Origin: Candidatus Sericytochromatia bacterium
GTDB lineage: Bacteria; Cyanobacteriota; Sericytochromatia; S15B-MN24; UBA4093
NCBI GenBank assembly: GCA_036676495.1
Contig: JAKFCT010000062.1
Coordinates: 1-37,680, forward strand
Reading direction: 5' to 3'
DNA length: 37,680 bases
Both the position numbers and the translations under genes were made by a program. Positions 16,954 through 26,055 of the stretch are shown here, one piece after another (position 1 is the stretch's first letter; each line of letters begins with the position of its first letter). Below the pieces are notes generated by a model. It was not told the origin of the DNA. It saw only the letters and a list, made by a program, of their open reading frames with translations, and did not search any database.

Positions 16954-17766
16954 TTACCAGACGGCCCAGTGGTCCTCGACGACCCCGTAGCCTTCGAGGG
17001 GCTGTCCCTCGAACGTTCCGCGGTAGCGGCCCCATGGTTGCTGGTAACGCGAGGTGATGATCCCGAGGTTCATGTCCTCCCGGCGCATGCCATCGGGCTC
17101 GAAAAGCAGGTCCAGGCCTTCGGCCGTGATCCGCCAGGGGTTGCCGGGCGCGATGAGGACCCGTCGCGGGGCCTGGAGCTGGCCGTCCACCCAGAGGGCG
17201 TTCTCGACCTGCTCGGGATCGTCGAAGCCCATGCGGAAGTTCCAGGCGATCCGCCGCCCTCCCGCCTGGGCTACCCCGGCTGCCCAGCGCCAATCCGTCT
17301 TTCGGGCGGGCGTGCCACGGGTCCAATCGATCATGGCGCGTCCGTCGAGCGATAGCGTGCGACCTGCGAGGCTCAGCGTCCCCCGGCTCTCGGAGCCCAT
17401 GTCCTTGGAGGTTTCGTTGCGGCCCTTGCGCCCGATGGGCCACGTCGCCCGCCACGGGGTGCCGTCCCCGAACGCGGTCGAGACCTGGATGCCCGGAAGG
17501 TCGATTTCCACCTGGCGCGACGTGTTGGAGAAGCGCATCCGCCCCTTGGAGCAGGTGAACGTGGACGCTCCCGCGCCGAGATCCGGCGCGACCTGGAAGC
17601 CGCGGGCGAACGGCACGAGGCGTTCGAAGGACGCTTCTTGGCCGGTCCGGCGATCGTAGGCCGTGGCGAATGCCAGGCCCACGTAGCCCAGGTGCGCGAT
17701 GGCCGCGGAGACGAACGCGTCCTCCGACGCGACGGCGACGTATTGCCAGGTCTTTCTTCGAAGCAT
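16954..17766 (-). CDS. DUF2804-like protein
   Basis: Recalled family features: K.WQY start, A.LGYVG..F, DWTRG..AR.T.W.WA, ENALWVDG, Y.QPWG.Y.G and C-terminal G..EDH.A.W. Confidence 0.7.
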   Translation of the reverse strand: MLRRKTWQYVAVASEDAFVSAAIAHLGYVGLAFATAYDRRTGQEASFERLVPFARGFQVAPDLGAGASTFTCSKGRMRFSNTSRQVEIDLPGIQVSTAFGDGTPWRATWPIGRKGRNETSKDMGSESRGTLSLAGRTLSLDGRAMIDWTRGTPARKTDWRWAAGVAQAGGRRIAWNFRMGFDDPEQVENALWVDGQLQAPRRVLIAPGNPWRITAEGLDLLFEPDGMRREDMNLGIITSRYQQPWGRYRGTFEGQPLEGYGVVEDHWAVW

Positions 17767-17836
17767 GACGACATCCTTTTCTCCACGCGGATCGCATGGT
17801 CTCTCATGGGCAATTTTCCCGGCCGAGCGCCGGAGC

Positions 17837-18211
17837 TCATCGCCGGGTGGGTGCGAGCGTTTCTTCGAGATACTCCTTGAGGACCTGCGCGTTGTTATGC
17901 TCGGGGTCCTTGGCCGCGTAGACCAGGGTGACCGTTCCTTGGCGGGCGGCTTCCAAGAGGGGGGCGAGCGCGTCCCCGTTGTCGCTCAGCTCTGCGCGAT
18001 AGCGACGCGTGAAGGTTTCCCAGCGCTCGGGCTGGTGATCGTAGAAGTGGCGCAATGCAGTGCTCGGGGCCACGTCTTTAAGCCATGCGCTCAGGTGCAG
18101 CCGTTCCTTGGAGAGCCCGCGCGGCCAGAGGCGGTCGACGAGGAAGCGCGGCCCGTCTTCCGGGCCGGGGGGCTCGTAAGCGCGCTTGAGTCGGATCGAT
18201 GTCGAGGCCAT
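17837..18211 (-). CDS. DUF488 family protein (YeaO-like)
   Basis: IRLKRAYE..DG.RFLVDRLWPRGLSKE, WLKDVAPS, VTLVYAAKD..HNNAQVL. SD GGGAGGT precedes ATG 18211. Only the last 124 aa of the 540-aa track ORF are real. Confidence 0.92.
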   Translation of the reverse strand: MASTSIRLKRAYEPPGPEDGPRFLVDRLWPRGLSKERLHLSAWLKDVAPSTALRHFYDHQPERWETFTRRYRAELSDNGDALAPLLEAARQGTVTLVYAAKDPEHNNAQVLKEYLEETLAPTRR

Positions 18212-18297
18212 GGCTACCTCCCGCTTGCCGGTATTTCGCTCCCATGGCAGTGGTAGCATAGTTGCGCCAAGAATGTCACGTCCCTGCGAGAGGGAGG

Positions 18298-19506
18298 CTA
18301 CCTGCGCTCCGGGAGCATGGCCATGGCTGCCGCATAGTGACGGGGGTCGAGGCGCCGGCTCATGGCCAAGACCCCGATCACGCAGGCGAGGTGGACCAGC
18401 CAGCCGATCGCGAAGTCGCCGCGGGCCGATTGCAGCACGGCGAGGACCCAGGGGGCCGTGGCGGCGAGCATGAAGCCGCCCCCTTGCATCAGGGCGCTCA
18501 GGGTCCCGGCCTCCTCGGGATCTGGAAGGTGGTCGAGCGCCACGATCATGACCAGGGCGAAACAGCCTCCCAGCCCCGCTCCCAGGAGGCCGGCCCAGAG
18601 CTGGGGAGCCAGCGCCGGAAAGAAGGCCAGCCCGGCGAATCCGAAGGCTTGAGCGCCCAGCGTGAGCCCGAGCCAGGGCCGGCGATCGCGTCTCTTCGCC
18701 AAAACCGGCAAAGCCAGCGCCGCAGCGGCCTGGGCGATCGCCATGAGGGCGACCAAGCTTCCACTTTGGGCGCTCGTCCAGCCGTACGCCTGATAATAGG
18801 GCGCGAGCCACGCCACCAGCGAGGCGTACCCGCCGTTGACCAGCCCGAAGCAGCCCATGAGCAGCCAGGTTCGGGGGCGCTTCAGCATGGCCGGGGAAGG
18901 CCCCGATCCCCTTGTCGCGACGCGATTCGCGGGCAACTTCCACGCCGCCATCCCCAGTGCCATGGCCACCGGCGCGGCCCAGCACGCCAGCGCTTGGCGC
19001 CAGTTGCCGGATGCATCCGCCAGCAAGGGCGTGAACTGGGCGCCCAGGGCCCCTCCCGCCATCAAGGAGGCGGAGTACAGGCCGGTCACGCGGGCCACGT
19101 GATGGGGAAATTGCCGTTTGATTTCGCCGGGAAAGGCCGCCTGGATCACGGCGACGCCCAGGCCGCAGAGGGCCGCCGTGGCGATCAGCGCCGCGCCGCT
19201 CGGCGCGAGGGCGCGAAACGCCGAGCCCAAGGCCAGCGCCGTCAGGGCTCCCAGGACCGCGCGGCGGGTGCCCAGGCGCTGGCGCAGCACGGTCCCGAAG
19301 AAGGCGCCGAGGCCCATCAAGAGCATCGGCAGCAGCGTGAGCGCCGCCAAGCCCCCGTAGTCGAGCCCCGTCCCTGCGGCGATGCGGTCCGTCAAAGGCC
19401 CGACCGCCGTCAAGAACGGGCGCAGGTTGAGGCCGACCAGCACGACCAGAGCCAGCCAAGAGAGGAATTCCGCGCGGGAGGTCGGCCTGGCGCCGACCTC
19501 AGTCAT
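18298..19506 (-). CDS. MFS transporter, CynX/cyanate-permease-like family
   Basis: LVGLNLRPFLTAVGP N-terminal signature and about 12 hydrophobic segments. Later motifs G.YASLVAWLAPYY and LSALMQGGGF. Overlaps the deaminase gene by 8 nt. Confidence 0.88.
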   Translation of the reverse strand: MTEVGARPTSRAEFLSWLALVVLVGLNLRPFLTAVGPLTDRIAAGTGLDYGGLAALTLLPMLLMGLGAFFGTVLRQRLGTRRAVLGALTALALGSAFRALAPSGAALIATAALCGLGVAVIQAAFPGEIKRQFPHHVARVTGLYSASLMAGGALGAQFTPLLADASGNWRQALACWAAPVAMALGMAAWKLPANRVATRGSGPSPAMLKRPRTWLLMGCFGLVNGGYASLVAWLAPYYQAYGWTSAQSGSLVALMAIAQAAAALALPVLAKRRDRRPWLGLTLGAQAFGFAGLAFFPALAPQLWAGLLGAGLGGCFALVMIVALDHLPDPEEAGTLSALMQGGGFMLAATAPWVLAVLQSARGDFAIGWLVHLACVIGVLAMSRRLDPRHYAAAMAMLPERR

Positions 19507-19957
19507 GGTCGGTGGGCGCTCCGTAAACCTGGGCGGCGGTGACGCCGACGTCCAGTCGCTCGAGCCGCATCGGGGCCGGGTTCAGCGGCAGGGCGAGCGT
19601 GCGGTAGGCCGTTTCGCTGGAGAAGCCGTAGGGCGCGGCGTCCTGGTTGTCGAAGGCGTAGTAGACCGCGTCGACTCCGGTCATCACCAGGGCCGAGAGG
19701 CACATGGGGCAAGGATGGCCGCTGGCGTAGACCACGCTCCCCGTCAGCTCGGGCCGCCCCAGGCGTCGGCTGGCCACTCGGATGGCTTCCAGCTCGGCAT
19801 GGGTCGTGGGGTCGTGGCTGTGAACGAGGTCGTTGACGCCCGTGGAGACGACTTCCCCGTCGATGGCCAGGACCGCCCCGAAGGGACGGCCGCCGCGGGC
19901 GCGGTTCTGGATGGCGAGGCGCACGGCCTCGCGGAGCAGTTCTTCATGACGGGACAT
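19499..19957 (-). CDS. Zinc-dependent nucleobase/nucleoside deaminase (guanine deaminase-like, CDA fold)
   Basis: GGRPFGAV, DPTTHAE and PCPMC zinc motifs. SD AAGGAGG. Confidence 0.92.
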   Translation of the reverse strand: MSRHEELLREAVRLAIQNRARGGRPFGAVLAIDGEVVSTGVNDLVHSHDPTTHAELEAIRVASRRLGRPELTGSVVYASGHPCPMCLSALVMTGVDAVYYAFDNQDAAPYGFSSETAYRTLALPLNPAPMRLERLDVGVTAAQVYGAPTDHD

Positions 19958-19983
19958 GGCACCTCCTTGGACGACATGGTCGT

Positions 19984-20012
19984 AGTATACGGATCCCCCT
20001 GGGGATAGGGAA
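19984..20012 (-). promoter_or_regulatory. Sigma-70 promoter of the deaminase-MFS operon
   Basis: Minus strand TTCCCT-N17-TATACT. The weak -35 lies next to the AT-rich segment (20011-20050) shared with the divergent LysR gene. Confidence 0.55.
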
Positions 20013-20057
20013 ATTAAATGATAGACTGGCTTTCAGTGGGAGGATGAATACCAAGCC

Positions 20058-20912
20058 ATGCTCGACCCTGATCTCCTTCGCAGCTTCCTGGCGGTGGTGG
20101 ACACCGGAAGCTTCACGCGTGCCGCCGCGAGCGTGCACCTCACCCAATCGACGGTCAGCCAGCAGATCCGCCGGCTGGAGCTTCAGCTGGGCTGCGAGTT
20201 GCTGGACCGGGGCGGGAGGTACGTAGTCGCCACTCCCGAGGGGGAGCGCTTGCTCGGAGTTGCGCGGCGCATCATCGACCTGATGCAAGAGGCGGAAGCA
20301 CAAGTGGCGTTCAGCGCCGGTGGGGGCGTCATCCGTCTGGGAGTGCCGGAGGACTTCGCCGCTCACCCGCTCACTCCCATGCTGGCGGCGTTTGCCGACG
20401 CCTACCCGGCCTTGCGGCTGGAAGTGGCGAGCGGCTTGAGCCATGAGCTCTGGCAGCGCTTTCAAGAGGGCGAGCTGGACATTGCGCTGGTCAAGCAGCG
20501 CGTCGGAAGCATGCCGGGACGCGTCAGCTGGCCCGAGCCCCTGGCCTGGATCGATAGCCGGGAGCATCCCAAGGCGGCGCGCGATCCCTTGCCCCTGCTG
20601 GTCTTTCCCATCGGGGGGCTCTACCGCAACGAGATGACCCATGCGCTCGACGCCTGCGGCCGACGCTGGCGCATCGCTTACGTGAGCGCCAGCCTGGCGG
20701 GCATCAGCGCCGCCGTGGAAGACGGCCTGGGCGTCAGCCTTCTGCCGAGGCGCCTGGTGAAGCCAGGGCACCGCCTCCTGGCGCCCGACGACGGCTTCGC
20801 GCCCGTGCCGGATCTCGAGCTCACCCTGCATGCCAAGCCGGAGCTGCCGACCCATGGCAAGGACCTCGTCAGGCGTCTGGAGGAGGTCTGCGGCCAGGCC
20901 ATGGGCGCCTAG
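20058..20912 (+). CDS. LysR family transcriptional regulator
   Basis: HTH LLRSFLAVVDTGSFTRAAASVHLTQSTVSQQIRRLE and IRLGVPED substrate-binding domain. Divergent from the deaminase operon. Confidence 0.95.
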   Translation: MLDPDLLRSFLAVVDTGSFTRAAASVHLTQSTVSQQIRRLELQLGCELLDRGGRYVVATPEGERLLGVARRIIDLMQEAEAQVAFSAGGGVIRLGVPEDFAAHPLTPMLAAFADAYPALRLEVASGLSHELWQRFQEGELDIALVKQRVGSMPGRVSWPEPLAWIDSREHPKAARDPLPLLVFPIGGLYRNEMTHALDACGRRWRIAYVSASLAGISAAVEDGLGVSLLPRRLVKPGHRLLAPDDGFAPVPDLELTLHAKPELPTHGKDLVRRLEEVCGQAMGA

Positions 20913-20949
20913 CCCTTTATCTTGCCGATATGCGGCTGCGGGCCTGGGC

Positions 20950-22968
20950 CTAGCTTTCGGCCCCCGACGCATCGGACGGCGGGCCCAGTGGACCGCCAGG
21001 CTTCCCGACCGGCAGAAAGACCGAGAACGTGGCGCCGTGGCCGATCTGGCTGGTCACGGCCACGCGGCCTCCGTGGAGCTCGGCCAGCCGCTTGACGATG
21101 GTGAGCCCCAGCCCCAGCCCGCCCTTGCGGAACGCGTCCTCGGTGGCGAGCTGGGTGAAGGCCTCCCAGACGCGCCCGAAGTCCTCCTCGGGGATCCCTT
21201 CCCCCGTGTTCCAGACGTCGATCCGCACGTGATCGTCGTCAGGCATGACCCGGATGCCCGCCTTGCCGCCGGGAGGGGTGAACTTCTGCGCATTCTCCAG
21301 CAGCTCGAGCAGGATCTGGGAGATGCGGCGGAAATCGCCCTCGATCACGGGGGTATCGGGCGCCACCTCGGTCTCGAGGGTGACGTTCTTCAGCTGGAAG
21401 CCTTCACTGAGCAAGGCTTCGACGTGCTGGACGACCTCCGTGAGGTTGACGTCGGTCTTGTAGAGCGGCAAGGTGCCGCTGATGAGCGCGCTGTAGTCCA
21501 GGATATTGTCGATATGCTCGGAGAGCCGGCGGCTGCCGTCCTTGATGCCCTCGATCATGGACACGTCGGGACAGGCGTCCTCGAGCAGCTCGGCGTAGCC
21601 GGTGATGAGCGAGAGGGGAGTCTTCATCTCGTGGGAGATGGTCGAGAGGAAGTGATCCTTGAGGCGGTTCAGCTCTTCGGCTTTCTTCAGCTCGGCGGTC
21701 CGGCGGGCCATTTCCAGCAGCATGCGCCGTTGCTCCGTGATGTCCCGCTGGATGCTTCCGAAGGCGGCGATCCGGCCCTGGTCGTCTCGGATCGGGAAGA
21801 GGCCCACGGAAAGGTCGAGGGGCGTGCCGTCTCGGCGTTCGCTTCGGATGTTCTGGGCGCTCACGTGCTTGCCGGCGCAGAGGTCGGCGAACGCATCGCC
21901 GAAGAGGTGCCGGTCTTCCGGGTGGAGCAGGAAGCCCGCCTTCTTGCCGAGCGTCGCGTCCGCAGGCCATCCCCAGACCTTCTCGGCGCCCCGGCTCCAG
22001 TAGGTGATGGCCCATGTCTCGGGGGCGTACGTCGTGATGGCATCCTCGGAGGCCTCGACGACGGCCGCGAGCCGGCTCGCCCGCGCCTCGCTCTGCCGCA
22101 GGGCCGCGACGGCCTCGTCGCGGGCGCGTTCGAGACGAGCCAGGGGAGTGATGTTCCAGGCGACGATGGCGATCGAGACGACGGTCATGGCGAGTACGGC
22201 GAAGAACATGCCGCTGGGGGCGTCGAAGAGGCCGAGACGCTGGCCTTCCACCCAGAACCAGCCGATGAGGGTTGGAGTGAGCAGGGCCGTGGGAAGGAGG
22301 CGCCGGAGGACGACTCCGACCGAGCTCTCGCTGGACAGGGCCTTCATCACGCCGCGATCCGGGTGGGAGGCGAGGATGCCGAGCGTGAGCGCGATCAGTA
22401 GGACCCATCCGGTGGGCAGGGCCAAGGCTTCGCCAGTGAGGTGCTGGACCCGCAAGGCCACGATCAGCGCGGTGACGAAGTTGTAGCCCAGAGAGGTCAG
22501 GGCGAGGAGATCGGAGGGCCAGCCATGGCCGCGTCCGTCGATGGCGAGGGCGAGGCCGAGGATGCCCAGGGTGATGGCGCTCGGGAGCGAGATGCGGGAG
22601 AACTCCGCGCCGCTCAAGTTGCCGAAGCCTGGCGGGATGGTGAAGGTCTCGAAGCCTTGCCTCCAGCCGAGCAGGATCTCGGCGACGACGAGCATGCAGA
22701 AGACGGCCACGGCCACGCCGAGCGCCTGGGCGATGCGCCGTGGCCAGACGCCCTCGAGGTGCTGGCAGAAGAGCGCGAGCGCCAGGATCATGGCGGTGAA
22801 GGCTTGCTGGTTGGGTTGGATCGGGATCGTGCTGAAGACATGGCGGGCGGGGACGAACCCGAAGGCTTCGCTCAGGAAGGCCAGAAAGCTCGCCAGCGCG
22901 ACGACGGCACCCACGCCTTGCGAGAAGGCGCGAAGCGTCTCGTCGGGAGAACGAGCAGTCACCGCCAT
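20950..22968 (-). CDS. Membrane-bound PAS-domain sensor histidine kinase
   Basis: Multiple N-terminal TM helices, then PAS (AAVVEASEDAI..ITYWSRGAEKVWGW..RRDGT..IQRDITE), H-box ISHEMKTPL, LENAQKFT and GLGLGL. Confidence 0.92.
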   Translation of the reverse strand: MAVTARSPDETLRAFSQGVGAVVALASFLAFLSEAFGFVPARHVFSTIPIQPNQQAFTAMILALALFCQHLEGVWPRRIAQALGVAVAVFCMLVVAEILLGWRQGFETFTIPPGFGNLSGAEFSRISLPSAITLGILGLALAIDGRGHGWPSDLLALTSLGYNFVTALIVALRVQHLTGEALALPTGWVLLIALTLGILASHPDRGVMKALSSESSVGVVLRRLLPTALLTPTLIGWFWVEGQRLGLFDAPSGMFFAVLAMTVVSIAIVAWNITPLARLERARDEAVAALRQSEARASRLAAVVEASEDAITTYAPETWAITYWSRGAEKVWGWPADATLGKKAGFLLHPEDRHLFGDAFADLCAGKHVSAQNIRSERRDGTPLDLSVGLFPIRDDQGRIAAFGSIQRDITEQRRMLLEMARRTAELKKAEELNRLKDHFLSTISHEMKTPLSLITGYAELLEDACPDVSMIEGIKDGSRRLSEHIDNILDYSALISGTLPLYKTDVNLTEVVQHVEALLSEGFQLKNVTLETEVAPDTPVIEGDFRRISQILLELLENAQKFTPPGGKAGIRVMPDDDHVRIDVWNTGEGIPEEDFGRVWEAFTQLATEDAFRKGGLGLGLTIVKRLAELHGGRVAVTSQIGHGATFSVFLPVGKPGGPLGPPSDASGAES

Positions 22969-23176
22969 GGCTCACCTTCGCGAGGGGCCGGCCTCCGGGA
23001 GTCGCATGACTCCGGGAGCCCGGATCCCGACGGCATCATAAAGGGTCGCGAGGGTCTTGTGAAGCCAAGCTAAGCGGCCTGGCTCGCGACGTCAGGCGAG
23101 CCTTGGGCCGCGGGATCCGGGCTCCGTGAGACGCGGAGCGGGGGCGCAGGCCGTCAGGGGCGATCGCCCCCGACGC

Positions 23177-24079
23177 TCACACGATCGGGGCTTTGCCCGT
23201 CACCTGGACCTTGTCGCGGTAGACCGCCACGTGCTGGTAGACCTCGGTGAGCTTGTCGTTCAGCGGAATCACGGTGCCGTTCACGCGGCGCTCGTCCAAG
23301 AGCGCCAGGTCGACGTCGGAGACCACGATCTGCTCCTGGTTGAAGTTCCCCTCGGCGGCGATCCCGTCGCGGGCGAAGTAGAAGTCCGAGGGCGTCATGA
23401 TGGCCGCCTGACTGTAGCTGGTCGACATGTGCGGCACTTGCGGAAGGTTGCCGACGGTCCCGGTCATCGCCACGTAGATCTGGTTCTCGATGGCCCGCGC
23501 CTGGGCGCAATAGCGCACGCGCCAGTAGCCTTGCCGCTCGTCCGTGCAGGACGGGACGAACAGGATCTCCGCCCCGGCTTCCGAGACGATCCGGGCGGCT
23601 TCGGGGAATTCGACGTCGTAGCAGACGAGGATCGCGATCTTGCCGAAATCCGTCTCGAAGACGCAGAACTCGTCGCCGCGGGACATCTGGTAAGGCCCCT
23701 TCTCCGAGCGGGTCAGGTGCACCTTGCGCTGCTGGAAGAACTTCCCGTGCGGGGTGAAGAGGTGGGCGGCGTTGTAGATCTGGCCGTTCTCGGCCACGGG
23801 ATGCGTGCCGGCGATGATGTAGAGGTCGTAGTCGATGGCGAGGCGCGTGAAGAGCTCCTGGTAGGCCGGGGTCAGCTCCGCCAGGCGACGCACGGCGCGG
23901 GCGGGGTCGGGCTCGTTCATGTAGCTCAAGAGCTGCATGGTGAAGAACTCCGGAAACAGGACGAAGTGACTCCCGTACTCCTTGGCGGAGGCCACGAAGA
24001 ACTCCACCTGGTGGATGAAGTCGTCGAAGTTTCGGATGGGCCGGAGCTGGTATTGAATCGCCGAGATACGTACGCGCAT
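23177..24079 (-). CDS. Carbon-nitrogen hydrolase (nitrilase superfamily)
   Basis: Catalytic triad contexts LFPE(F), QRK(VH) and VC(YD)VEFPE; ARAIENQIYV. SD GGGAGG. Confidence 0.93.
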   Translation of the reverse strand: MRVRISAIQYQLRPIRNFDDFIHQVEFFVASAKEYGSHFVLFPEFFTMQLLSYMNEPDPARAVRRLAELTPAYQELFTRLAIDYDLYIIAGTHPVAENGQIYNAAHLFTPHGKFFQQRKVHLTRSEKGPYQMSRGDEFCVFETDFGKIAILVCYDVEFPEAARIVSEAGAEILFVPSCTDERQGYWRVRYCAQARAIENQIYVAMTGTVGNLPQVPHMSTSYSQAAIMTPSDFYFARDGIAAEGNFNQEQIVVSDVDLALLDERRVNGTVIPLNDKLTEVYQHVAVYRDKVQVTGKAPIV

Positions 24080-24146
24080 GAAGGTCCTCCCTGGGGTTGC
24101 GCCAGCGGCTCACCTCAGGGAGGCGAAGCGCTCCTGGAGCCTTGGA

Positions 24147-24836
24147 TTACAAGGCCTCCGGGAGCCTCCGGGGATGGCGGGAGAGATCCGTCACGGAAGC
24201 GTACCGGTAGGCCGGATTGGTCCATTCAATCAGCGTTCCGTACCCGAGGGACGCTTTGTCGAAACCGAGGTAGCCGGGGATGACGCGGCTGACGGTGAAG
24301 CCGTGCCGCAGCTGGAAACTCAGGACCGGGTCCTTGCGCTTGCCGGCGACGACCTCGGCGACGTACTCCTCGGCGCTCAGGTGGTCTGCGACCTCCCGGT
24401 AGCCGGGAATGCGTCCACCGGCGACCATGCGCTTCAAGTTGTAGCGCTGGGCCAGTTTCTTGCGGGCGTCGTAGAGCAGGGAGCCGACGCCCATGCCGCG
24501 GGCCTGGGGATCGACGCCGATGTCGGCTCCGTAGAGGGTCTTGCCCAGTCGGGGCGCGTGGGTGGTGAACATGCCGCGGGCGGTGATTTCGGCCCAGCTG
24601 GCCAGGTCGTCGAAGTCGTCCCAGACGACGATCAGGGAGCTGGAGGAGCCGATGATGCGGCCGTCGGGGGTGGTGGCCACGGCCTGGCCTTCCGGAAAGG
24701 TGTCGAGATGACTGAGAAGTTGTTTTTCGCTCCAGGGGGGCATCTTGGGAAAGACCCGGCGCTGGAGGTCGATGATGGCGGGAATGTCCGCCGCCGTGGT
24801 GGGTCGGACCTGACAAAGCGTGATGAAACTCGACAT
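24147..24836 (-). CDS. GNAT family N-acetyltransferase
   Basis: Acetyl-CoA motif LYGADIGVDPQARGMGVG. Family features HL.TFPEGQ, GGRIPGY and DPVLSFQLRHGF, as seen in GNATs paired with CN hydrolases. Start set at ATG 24836; an upstream start is not excluded. Confidence 0.88.
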   Translation of the reverse strand: MSSFITLCQVRPTTAADIPAIIDLQRRVFPKMPPWSEKQLLSHLDTFPEGQAVATTPDGRIIGSSSSLIVVWDDFDDLASWAEITARGMFTTHAPRLGKTLYGADIGVDPQARGMGVGSLLYDARKKLAQRYNLKRMVAGGRIPGYREVADHLSAEEYVAEVVAGKRKDPVLSFQLRHGFTVSRVIPGYLGFDKASLGYGTLIEWTNPAYRYASVTDLSRHPRRLPEAL

Positions 24837-25019
24837 GACGGGACGAAGATCGCCGCCCTCTTTCGTCGCTTTCCTCCTGATCGGATGAGAGCCGCCTCGT
24901 GCGAGTCGGCTCGGGGGGATGGCGTCGGGGCCCATGGGAGGGGGGCGAGTTGCGGCGCGCCCGGAACCTCGCTTCGGCCCAGCGGCGGTCACCATCAAGG
25001 CTGATGACGGCCACTTAAC

Positions 25020-25048
25020 AGGATATCACCTGTCAAGTGACAGGTCAA
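25020..25048 (-). promoter_or_regulatory. Sigma-70 promoter of the GNAT/hydrolase operon containing a perfect palindrome
   Basis: Minus strand TTGACC-N17-TATCCT with a TG extended -10. ACCTGTCA-AG-TGACAGGT (25028-25045) covers the spacer and part of the -35. Confidence 0.65.
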
Positions 25049-25083
25049 CCTCCGCCCGGGTAGCGTCCGGCAGGACGCCGTGC

Positions 25084-25962
25084 TCAGCGACCGGGAGGCG
25101 TGTTGAAGGCGAGGGTCCCCGGCGCGAAGCGAAACTCGGCGTAGGTGTAGGGGCCATCCTTCAAGTGCCAGACCCCCTTGCCGCCAGTGGGGATTGCCCT
25201 CCCTTCGACCCGCTGCCAGCCGTCAATCGGGGTGTGCCATTCGCCCCGGATCAAGGGATGCTTGGGGTCGTCGGGATCCTCGAGGAAGCGATCGGTGGTC
25301 ACGACGTCCCGCGGCGCGCCGCGATCGTCGAGCAGGACCCGGGCCGTGGCCGTGATCCCGTGGTCCGTCAAGGAGACGTCGAAGGCATGCGCGTCCACCT
25401 CCTTCCAGCGCGTCTCGGGACCCAGCAGGAAGGAAGGGGCGAAGACGATCGCATCGTCGAGGTAGGTCGCCAGTTCACCGAGATCGTACTCGGGGCCCCG
25501 CCCATCGGCGACCGGGATGAGGTCGAAGAGCTTGCCGAGCATATGCCCCTTGCCTCGCACGTAGGTGTCTCGGGCCACGACCGGCAGGAAGCCATTCATG
25601 CGACCCCTCATGTGGAAGATGCGGCTCAGGTCCAGGCGGTTGTTGTACTGCCACATCTCGATGTCGAACCAGGCCGTGTCCTCGTTCTTGAGCCGGAAGC
25701 GGCCCGTGGTGCTCAGCCGGAACGACCAGTCCCGGGGCCGGTCCACGACTCCCATGAAGCGCATGTAGCGCTGCACCGAAGGGGGCAAGGGGGCGAGGTC
25801 CTGGTCGGTGACGAGAGGACCGGGAGCCGTTTCGCTCGCGAGCCCGGCGTTCGCGACCTCTCTGAGAAACTGATCCTTCATCGTGGCGCACCCCATGAGC
25901 GTGAGCGCCAGCAGCCCGACCACTCCAAGTCGCCAGGGTCGCGGGGGAAATGGGGATGGCAT
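25084..25962 (-). CDS. DUF6544-like lipoprotein
   Basis: SD AAGGAG before ATG 25962 and lipobox LTLMG-C. Recalled family pattern TDQDLAPLPPSVQRYMRFMGVV, D.Y..GKG.M and E...YL....FAP. Confidence 0.7.
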   Translation of the reverse strand: MPSPFPPRPWRLGVVGLLALTLMGCATMKDQFLREVANAGLASETAPGPLVTDQDLAPLPPSVQRYMRFMGVVDRPRDWSFRLSTTGRFRLKNEDTAWFDIEMWQYNNRLDLSRIFHMRGRMNGFLPVVARDTYVRGKGHMLGKLFDLIPVADGRGPEYDLGELATYLDDAIVFAPSFLLGPETRWKEVDAHAFDVSLTDHGITATARVLLDDRGAPRDVVTTDRFLEDPDDPKHPLIRGEWHTPIDGWQRVEGRAIPTGGKGVWHLKDGPYTYAEFRFAPGTLAFNTPPGR

Positions 25963-26055
25963 GGCGGCACTCCTTGCCGGCTCTCGCCGGCCGACGGCGG
26001 GTTCGGGACTCCCCTCTTGGCCTGCGGCCACCGTGATTGTCCCGTCGGGAGCGGG

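Noticed and set aside
18212-19459. N-terminal 416 aa of the 540-aa track ORF (apparent DUF488 fusion)
   Set aside because: Arg/Gly/Pro-rich off-frame read of the MFS gene; the DUF488 gene has its own SD and ATG at 18211.
24990-25020. GCTGATGAC resembling a fluoride riboswitch or hammerhead core
   Set aside because: It is on the strand opposite the adjacent genes and lacks the other conserved elements (nearby GATGG pseudoknot partner, or GAAA).
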